From: Octopus sinensis
Taxonomy: Eukaryota
Length of the DNA: 64,000 bases
NCBI RefSeq assembly: GCF_006345805.1
Contig: NC_043011.1
Span: forward strand, 51,720,464 to 51,784,463
Direction of reading: 5' to 3'
Part shown: piece after piece, positions 37,871 through 47,525 of the stretch
Layout of the letters: every line of letters starts with the position of its first letter
Position numbering within the stretch: position 1 is the stretch's first letter
The notes under the pieces: generated by a model
Told to the model about the DNA's origin: nothing
The model's input: only the letters and a program-made list of their open reading frames with translations
The model's database searches: none
Position numbers and translations under genes: made by a program

Positions 37871-39377
37871 TGAGAGAGAGGTACAAGAGAGCGGCCAGAA
37901 ACAAGTGTGTTGATGTAAAGGTGATGCTTGGTTACCTAGTCAGAGGTAAAACAAGAGAAGGAGAAAGAGAGAGTGACCAAAGGGAAAGAGAGTAGGAAAT
38001 AGCAAAAGTTGAAGAGAGAACAGAAGAGAGATGATGTAGTGCTAAGGTATACTCATAAGTAACAAAAATATGAGCATAGAACCTGGTTGGAAAAATAGGG
38101 CCTGGATGTGGATGTTGGGGGTGTAGGGAGCAGTGATACAGTGAGCACAGCAGTGAGTGCAAGAAAGGGGATTGGAAAACAATCATAATTTTATGAAGAG
38201 GAAATGTGAGTAAGAGAAAAATGCAGTTGGAAGAGGAGTTGTAGTTCAATTTCTTGGAGAAGAGAGGGTGAAAAGTGAGTTGTTATATGTAGGTGGGACA
38301 CAACTGTTATATATATATATATATATACATACACTTAAATGCATGCAGGTGTGTGTTTCACTGAAATTCAATATTGCATGCATATATACATATCTTAATA
38401 ATTTGAATACAAGGGTCCATATGGACAGATGTGTGTATATGTATGCACAGGCATGTGTGCATATGAGTTACATGCATTCAAAGAGTATATTATAATCATT
38501 CTTTCATGTTCATTTTCACATGCTATCATACATATATATATATATATCCGTGTGTATGTGTGTAAATTGTTTATATTGCACATTTATACATGTGCATGTA
38601 TAAATATATATATATATATATATTTATATTATACACACCTACAACCACTCACACATGCTGCTGCATATGCACACCCACATATATATAAAAGTGTATCAAT
38701 ACATCCACACACACATACACATGATTGCGTGTATTTAAGAACAATAGTAAATTTGATTAAGTTGAAAAACATTAAAAGAATTTCCATTAATTTCCAAAAG
38801 ATTTCAGAAACTGAAGTAGAACAAAAACAAAATAATATAAAATATATATATATAAAAAAGATAAATCGCTTCTAATGGAAGAAAATAAAACACAAATCCA
38901 GTTTTCAGTTTATTGGAAATGGCAGAAGACAAAAACAAATGTTTTATAAGTAGAAAAAAAATAGAAAAGAAACGGAAAAAAGATCTAACTAAACAATCAG
39001 TGATTAGCAATGAATGGGTTTGTTTTATTTTTCAACTGTTCCTTTAGGTAAGTCAGTTAAAACAATGGTCATTCATTATATGTATACATTATGGTTAATA
39101 GGCAAATATTATGAATGCTGGGATGTATTTTGTCATGCCTGTGTGTGTGTGTGCACATATGAAGATATAGGCATATACGGCATTGTGGGGTAAAAGTAAA
39201 TATGATATTTTGGTGAGTATGTAAGAGACAATGTGGGCAAATATAAATGCATTTTATGTCACATACAAATATAAAATGTTGGTATATTCATTAAGAGGTG
39301 ACATAATAACATTTGGTTTGTTCATTCATTCATTTTTATATCAATTTTCCCATGTTTGCATGAGTTAGAGGAAGATA

Positions 39378-39603
39378 TTGGTTTCAGATTTTGACACAAG
39401 GCCAGCAGTTTCAGGGGAGGGGTTTAGTTGATTAAAAGTGGTACTCATTTTACCAACCCTGACCTCAGAGGAATTTGAACTCAGAACATAAGGATAGACA
39501 AAATGCTGACCTCAGAGGAATTTGAACTCAGAACATAAGGATAGACAAAATGCCATTAAGCATTTTTCTCGGTATGCTAACGATTTTGCCAGCTTGCTGC
39601 CTT
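39378..39603 (-). mobile_element. SINE family B with an internal 47-bp tandem duplication
   Basis: TGACCTCAGAGGAATTTGAACTCAGAACATAAGGATAGACAAAATGC at 39460-39506 and 39507-39553. Confidence 0.88.
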
Positions 39604-40387
39604 AGAGTTAAATGAAGATATTATTGAGGCTTTGTTTTACAACTGAATGTGCTTTCTGTCACTAACCTTTACTTGTTTAGATATTACAGGCAAAAATACA
39701 ATGTTGGTGCATCTGGAGAGAAAGTAGGCAATATTGATGAGATATCAATGTATTACAGGCAAATATAGCATGCTGGTGTATGCATAAAGAAAGTGGGCAA
39801 TAAAGTGGGATGATGTAGAGACTGCTAGTGAATATGACATGGAGGTAGATTAGATATTGTGGATAAATATTAAAGGATTTGTGAAACAAAGACATTTCTT
39901 GTATGATTGTCTCAACATTTTTCAATCACAGTGTACAAAGGACAACATAATTCAATGTAGCCATTCTTTTTTAAGACTGTAAAGGTGAGATTTGTAAGTG
40001 ATAGAGACCTTTCTTGTTGATTCAGATATAGCATATTTCACCACTGTAAGCACTGGAGAATCATCAAGTGATCTGTTGACTTGAATGATTTTAAATTATT
40101 TGTGTGTGTTTATTTGTTTGTGTAACCATGCATGCCTGAGTAGTGTGCATATACAAAAATTTGTGTATACAGAGGTGTGTGAAATAAACTAGCATTATGT
40201 CAAACAGGCAGGTTTATTTCATGGTCACTTTGTGACTAGAACTGCGTGCATGACAAACCTTGCAATTGAGAAATGATTATGTTCTTACTTAGCACAGAAA
40301 TAACTTATGGTTTGTTGTTGTTGAAACCTTAGCATTCCAGGCATAATCCACTTGTCTTTTTACTTATCCAAAGTAACATTGTCCAAT

Positions 40388-40692
40388 ATAGGTCTATATT
40401 TAAAAGATGAGGAATTATGTACATTATTTACACTATGCCATATGCCGTGGGCATATGGTGTAGTGGTTAAGAGCACAGGCTACTCACTCCAAGATTCCGG
40501 AGTTCGATTCCAAGCAGTGACCTGAACAACAACAACAATAATAATAATAACAACATTGAAAAATACCTTAGGAAAGAGAAACAAATTCAAAATTTCCCCA
40601 AGACACCTGATGAAGGCTGGAGGGCATATCAGCCAAAACGTGTTTAACAACAAACAAGATGAGGACGAATATCCATCAAATGTAAATAACGT
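40388..40692 (+). mobile_element. tRNA-headed SINE (family C) with a hammerhead-like 3' region and a fold-back 5' junction, 10-bp TSD
   Basis: A box TGGTGTAGTGG at 40456-66, B box GAGTTCGATTCC at 40500-11, (AAC/AAT)n linker, GACAC-CTGATGA-A-GGCTG...CAGCC-AAAAC-GTGTT at 40602-44. ATTGTCCAAT is repeated at 40378-87 and 40693-702. Confidence 0.8.
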
Positions 40693-41929
40693 ATTGTCCA
40701 ATGTGTTTTTACCTTATTTTAAAAAAATAGGGAGTGATGTGAGGGAGATTTGGCTGTATTTTCTAGCAGGTTTAACAACAGCACAGAAGCTTACTTTTTG
40801 GCCTGTGATTATGAAGGAAAGGGTGAAAAACTTTTCGATTACATTGATTACAACCTCCTTTTAAGAGAAAGAAATACCAAAATATTAATAAGAAAAACTT
40901 ACAAAAATATTTCTCTGCTAAATTAATTCCCCTTCCTACCACCATGCCTCCCATACATACCTTGAACACAAAATCAGACACCCATTCACTATACATTATA
41001 CACACTCATTACACCCACATGAATTCAATTAAACAAACTATTCAGTTGAAAACTCTTGAAAAGTCACCCAATCTTCCAATCAATTGTAAAACAACAGTGG
41101 ATCAAATGGAATCGAAATTAATATTTTTGTTTGTGGATTATAGAAAGTTCTGAACTATAAACAGAAAGATGGAACACCAAAATTAGAACACATAAAATCT
41201 TTAATCCTCCATGAAGTTAATGCAATGTTCTTGGTGTTTCATTAGGAGACGTGCTGTTGAGATGACGTAGAAGCATAGGTATAGGGGAAGGGATGTATGA
41301 TATGGCGTGTCTGTGTAAAAGCATGTATGCTTATGCCTATGTGTCCACAGGTGAGTGAATTATAGATGCAGGTGCATGTACAAGTAAGGCTAAGTTTAGT
41401 TGTATATACATGTTTCACGGTTTGTGTATTTGTGAATGTGAGTTTCATGTATATTGTAAATGAGCATGCATGTATAAATCTGTGCATAGACAAGTGAGTT
41501 TATATATATATATGTGTGGGAGGGGTTGTATGTAGAGTACCTTTCTATGTATAAGAGTAATATCAGATGTAATTATCTCTGAGGACAGGTGCATGTACAG
41601 GTGTATAAATATGATTAAGTATATATATATATATATATATAGACAGATAGATAGACATACATACATACATATATAGGTAAATATTTATGTGTTGGGTATG
41701 TTCGTTGCAGTAGGCCAATGAAGCACATTCACTGCCTATGGCTACCTGATATCATCCAAGATATTTATATAATTGTCACTGATTCTACCTTGCGAATTCT
41801 TCAGTGTACGTTGAGCATATAACAAATGACAGAGACGGCAAAGGGAAAACATGAGAAACGTTGTGAGCAATAAAGTTTCTCATATATTCCATTTTCCATC
41901 TCTATCATTTGTTATATATATATATATGA

Positions 41930-42157
41930 ATAGCCTCGCCTGGCCCCCGTGCCGGTGGCACATAAAAAGCACCATCCGATCGTGGCCGTTTGCCAGACTC
42001 GTCTGGCACCTGTTCCGGTGGCACGTAAAAAGCAGCCACTACACTCATGGAGTGGTTGGTGTTAGGAAGGGCATCCAGCCATAGAAACATTGCCAGATCA
42101 TACTGGGCCTGGTCCAACCCATGCTAGCATGGAAAGCGGATGCTAAACGATGATGAT
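41930..42157 (+). mobile_element. (GAT)n-tail family element (two units, internal deletion)
   Basis: GTGCCGGTGGCACATAAAAAGCACC...AGGAAGGGCATCCAGCC...CCAACCCATGCTAGCATGGAAAGCGGATGCTAAACGATGATGAT. Confidence 0.9.
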
Positions 42158-42260
42158 ATGTATATATATATATATATGCATATTTATGTATATATATGTG
42201 TATATATATATGTGTGTGTGTATATATATCTATATACATGCATACATACATATATACATA

Positions 42261-42952
42261 TAAAGCTGCAAAAATATCACAGAAAATGCTACTCAGAGTT
42301 TCATGCTCCCATTCGTTGGACAGTCGTGATTAAGAATGGGACAAGAATTAAGATTATATGTATAAATATATTGTACAATTTACGTTGACTAATACACATT
42401 TGAATTTGGTTTCATTTTACTGGTGGTTTCAACTAAAGGATTTTTTTAGGAAAAGGTGAATTAAATATCATACTGTGTAAAATTGAAAAAACCTTAAATC
42501 AAAAGTAAATTTTAGTTTAGAAGGAAACACATACATGCTCAGAGCAAATTAATTAATGTTAAAATAAGTTTAATTAAAATACATTAAAATTAATTAAAAT
42601 TAATTAATGTTAAAAGAAATTTAATTAAAATGTACTCTGGGCATGTATGTTTTTCCTTCTAAAGTAAAAGTAAAATTTATTTTTGATTTAAGGTCTTCTT
42701 TGATTTTACACAATACGATATTTAATTTTTTATATCATCGTTTCTGAAAAAAAAAAAAAACTCCGTTAGTTGAAATGACCAATGAAATGAAACCAAATTC
42801 AAATGTGTATCTGTCAATGTATATTATACATTATATTTATACATATAACCTTAATTTGTGTCCCATTTTTAATCACAATTGTCAGACGAATGTAAACATG
42901 AAACTCTGAGTAGCATTTTCTGTGATATTTTGGTGATGTTTTTGCAGCTTTA
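42261..42952. mobile_element. Foldback or MITE-like element with ~285-320-bp inverted arms
   Basis: The left arm 42261-42544 is reverse-complemented, with divergence and indels, in 42635-42952. Termini TA-AAGCTGCAAAAA ... TTTTTGCAGCTT-TA; 90-bp AT-rich spacer. Confidence 0.85.
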
Positions 42953-43222
42953 ATAATAAAGCATATTACTCTACCTCCAGTATTCAAGTACTATTTTTCC
43001 CCACCTTGTTTCACATGTATGTGCTTACTTTGGTGTCTATGTATATATATATATAATATAATAATAAGAGTAAATAATTTCTTTAATGGTTTTTAAACAA
43101 AGACCACAATTATTTACTGGTAGAATTCGGTATGTAAATATAGCCGATTAACGGCAGGAACGTCTGTAAAGTTAAGTATATATATTGTATATAAGAAAAA
43201 GGGACAGGCAACAGGTTGCTTG

Positions 43223-43413
43223 ACCGTATACCGAAAAAGTAGAAATAGCAGTCAAGAATGCTTATTTCTATTTTCCACAAGTGGGGCTCCACATACGACA
43301 AACCCTGCAATTTTGCATATGTGAATTGCAAGGTTTGTCGTATGTGGAGCCCCACTTGTGGAAAATAGAAATAAGCATTCTTGACTGCTATTTCTACTTT
43401 TTCGGTATGCGGT
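43223..43413. repeat. 191-bp near-perfect palindrome
   Basis: The ~90-bp arms differ at 2 positions and the centre is TTGCATATGTG. The ORF track shows the same peptide MGLHIRQTLQF... on both strands. Confidence 0.97.
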
Positions 43414-43428
43414 TCTTATATGTATATA

Positions 43429-43461
<33 letters not shown>

Positions 43462-43614
43462 AGTATGAATGTACTTGTATTACTTGTATGTATAAACAAA
43501 TCTATGTGAGGGGCCATTGACTTGTAGGTATATATACAGAGGAATAAACATGTGTATACATATAAGATACCAGGTATATGCTGATATCTGCATATATGTA
43601 GGTATATGTGCATG

Positions 43615-43750
43615 ATTTATATATTAAACAAGACTAGTGATTATATATTATATACAAGAGTGGTAGGTGTATGTGCATGATATATATATATATTAAACAA
43701 GACTAGTGATTATATATTATATATGAGAATGGTAGGTATATGTGCATGAT
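43615..43750. repeat. About 70-bp tandem duplication
   Basis: ATATTAAACAAGACTAGTGATTATATATTATATA...GGTAGGT.TATGTGCATGAT occurs twice. Confidence 0.85.
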
Positions 43751-44594
43751 ATGTGTATATACAAGAGTACTGGTTGAGTACTCAATTATCACAGTGTACA
43801 AAGTGTACTAGCTAAAGTGTACCTGCTTGGCATATTGAGAATATACATACATGTACAAACACACCATACATACTTTATTACTTTCTTGCAGTGAATGATA
43901 TATGTGTATACAGTCTTCTGTCTAGCCAGCTCCTGTCAAACTGTCCAACTTATGCCAGTGTGGAAGGCGGACATTAAATGATGATGATGTAAAAATCGCC
44001 TGCCGTGACACTTCTGCACTAGGGATGCACCGCAACCAGTTGTACAGTATCCTGCCCATGAGGGATCGATGCAAGATGGGTCAAAACGACTGCTGTGAGC
44101 AATAAAGTTTCTCGTATATCCCATTTTCTGTATCTATCATTTGTTATATATTCACCAAACACCAAGGAATTCCTGAGGTAGATCCAAGTGACAGTTGTAA
44201 AAACACCATGGATGATGTCAAGTAGCAATAATCAGTGAATGTGCTTCACTAGTTAAGTACCAGGGACATACCCAATGCTTAAATAATCAGCTGCATTGTA
44301 AATCTGATAAGTTATTCATTGGCTTGCATTACTGAATTCATTTCTTCATGCAGAAAAGTTACTTGCAACAGACTGGTGCTTTAGCCAGGAGGAATTTTAT
44401 CTCTTATACAATTAACACCACAAGGAAACAGAATTAAACACAGTGTCAGAAAACTGTAGGCAGCCCTGACAGACAAACTAGTCTTATGAAATTTTTATTT
44501 GGGACTTTGCACCATGAGGTAAATGCTAATGCATCTATTTAGTGTATAATCCAGCAAGATAACAAATTTTGGGTCAATGAGAGAACCTTTAAGC

Positions 44595-44837
44595 CAATGT
44601 TTCTCAACCAGTGGATCCCTTTGATTCCTATTTTACTTGGATGGACCTGCCTAACCATTGGATGTTCAAAAATGAATACTCTATTTTTGTAATTAAATAT
44701 CATTAGGAATTGTATTAAAAAATTGCTAAAAGATTTTGTGAATTGTAGAAATATAACAAATTTATTTCAGATAAATTTTAACAAAGAATATTATATGAAC
44801 CCCCAAGGACCAAGTGGACCCTGGTTGAGAACAACTG
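44595..44837. mobile_element. hAT-type MITE
   Basis: TIRs CAATGTTTCTCAACC and GGTTGAGAACAACTG; flanks CTTTAAGC and CTTAAGCA are a TSD-like near match. Confidence 0.7.
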
Positions 44838-46323
44838 CTTAAGCAGTTGTTCATCCTGCTAGAAAGAGCAGCCAAATCTCTCTCTTAAAAAGGAAGGTCA
44901 TTGATAATGCAGTCATGAACATATAAAAGGATAGAATGATCACACCTAGAAAGCTTTTGGTTTGCTAGATCAGTGGTAAACTGGAGATAAACAATCACTA
45001 GATGTGGGATCTTCTGAGAAAGTTATCTGAAAAAAGTGTGACATTCTATCCAAGAGGAGATTAATCAATCTTATGTCAAGAAACTGAATCAAGACACCAC
45101 CTCCTATCAGTCACATGGGGCTCCAAGCTGTCTTAAATTTTCACCTATCTCTCATTGCCAATATATTTCTGCATGTGTTCCATGAATATGCATTTTGGCA
45201 AAATTATGGTTTAGTAAAGAGTGAATGCATCCAGAATGTAATTAAAATGAGACAGTTTTTTAAAACATCTTTCACTTGAAATGCACAGTGAAGCGTAGAA
45301 AAACATCCCATCTTCCCATCAGTGGATGACTCACTTATTCTATCATTCTATTATTTCATTATTCTTGTTCAACACACCTACTACCAAAGCAAAAACAGGA
45401 AACAAGCTGAAGATATTTCATTGTCTGCAAGATAAGAGATATTGCTGTATCCATTGCATCGCCCAGACATCTGTCTTTAAAGCACTTAATTACCAACATC
45501 ATCAAACCCCCTGCTCACTCTCGTCTATAGTCTGCAGGTCATGTGACCTTAGTTTTTGCCATCTTCCTCTCTTGCATGACAGGAATGAGATGAGCTGTGC
45601 GTTGTAGTGATTTTGTGACCAAGCATTCTTCAGATGACCGGCGACAATCTATCATGACATAGGTAGTAGCATGGGTGCTGTTAGAGAAGTCAATAAAATA
45701 AACAAAATCACAAATAAAAAAAATGAAAAATAAATAACATTAACAGAACACAAACAAAAAACAAAACTGTTTGTTGTTATAATGGACTTTAAGGTTTAAG
45801 GAAATCTTCTTGGGGGATAAAAGACTGAGCAGGGACATTGAAGAAAACAGGAAGACTGAAGAATAGAAGACAGAATGAAGGAAGAAAAAACCAGAAATCT
45901 TCTCCACTAACTGACACACATAATAAAGGAATTATATAAAATTCTTCACTAACGAACTTCTCCCAGAGAATTGTTCATTTGCTTGAATCTAATTAAACTT
46001 ATGAAAACTGATTACTAAAATGAAATGAAATTAACTAACCAATCAACACAAGCACGTGGAGGTGCACGTACATACTAACATTAGCATACACACATACAGA
46101 CAAACAGTAATATGCGTATAAACATACAAATACAACATAACAGTGATATATATACACACATTTGCATACATGTTTACACACAAATGCCAATATATGCAGA
46201 CAGCAGCACATACACATAAGTAAATATGCAGATAACAGAATTTCAACATTCACACACACTCAAATGTACATTTGCAGCCTTATGCACACACACACACACA
46301 CATGCGTGCGCAAAATATACAAA

Positions 46324-46640
46324 CACAATTTTTCACATACAGATCAACAGAAACACATTTATACATATGCAGACCAACATAAGCATACACATGTAGACAC
46401 ATAAGGCTAAGACATATACACACACAATATACATACACAAATTTTCACATACAGATCAATAGAAACACACATTTATACATATGCAGACCAACATAAGCAT
46501 ACACATGTAGACACATAAGGCTAAGACATATACACACACAACATACATACACAAATTTTCACATACAGATCAATAGAAACACACATTTATACATATGCAG
46601 ACCAACATAAGCATACACTTGCAGACACATTAAGGCTAAC
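46324..46640. repeat. About 115-bp unit minisatellite, roughly 2.8 copies
   Basis: AATTTTCACATACAGATCAA.AGAAACACATTTATACATATGCAGACCAACATAAGCATACAC...GACACATAAGGCTAA is repeated three times. Confidence 0.92.
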
Positions 46641-46924
46641 ACACACATATGCATACACATGAACAGACTAAGATAAACAGGCACAAATATACACATTGCA
46701 CCAACACACATAGCAACACATACATACATGCCAATATACATATATGCTCACTCACCAATTGCTGTTGAGACATATAAACCAATATATCATTGCAATACAC
46801 AATGAAGATAATTATACAGAGCAACGTACACACACAACAACAACAAATAAAACACTAATACACCCAAAACATCAACGTACACAATGGAATACAGATCAGC
46901 ACACGTATATACACAAGACAATAC

Positions 46925-47190
46925 TGGCTTCCGTGCCGGTGGCACATAAAATACACCAATCTGACCGTGGCCGTTGCCAGCCCCGCCTGGCACCTGTGCA
47001 GGTGGCACGTAAAAAGCACCCACTACACTCACGGAGTGGTTGGCGTTAGGAAGGGCATCCAGCTGTAGAAACATTGCCAAATTAGACTGGAGCCTGGTGC
47101 AGCCTTCTGGCTTCCCAGAACCCCGGTCGAACCGTCCAACCCATGCTAGCATGGAGAACGGACGTTAAACGACGATGATGATGATGATGA
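46925..47190 (+). mobile_element. (GAT)n-tail family element (two units)
   Basis: CCGTGCCGGTGGCACATAAAA...GGCGTTAGGAAGGGCATCCAGCTGTAGAAAC...GGACGTTAAACGACGATGATGATG. Confidence 0.92.
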
Positions 47191-47360
47191 ATACGACACA
47201 AATGTATACTCCAACAACTACATACACCAATATATATATATATATATATATATGCCAACAAATATATGCATACAGACACAAAGAGCTAAACCACAGACAC
47301 GCAGACCATCGTATCTTAATATACAATTACCAACAGATCATACACAGACCAAATATATAT

Positions 47361-47525
47361 ATGTCTTCCCTTCTCTGGATCTTTCCTTCTCCTATGTTTC
47401 CGACAAAGAGCTCCGCTCGAAACGTCGTTAAACCCTCCTTCTTTCCTGAGCGTCCAATAATACTATATTTGTTCCACGTCCTCGCGTTGTTGTGTTTTTT
47501 GTGCTTTCTTGTTTGGATTAACTTT
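47361..47525 (+). mobile_element. Penelope-like terminal-repeat remnant with a decayed minimal hammerhead
   Basis: GTTT-CCGACAA-A-GAGC-TCC-GCTC-GAAAC-GTC-GTT-AAAC at 47396-47433. CpG-rich segment bounded by (TA)n on both sides. Confidence 0.65.

Noticed and set aside
43110-43520. Two ~80-aa ORFs with identical N-termini as a duplicated gene pair
   Set aside because: Both arise from reading the same 191-bp palindrome on opposite strands.
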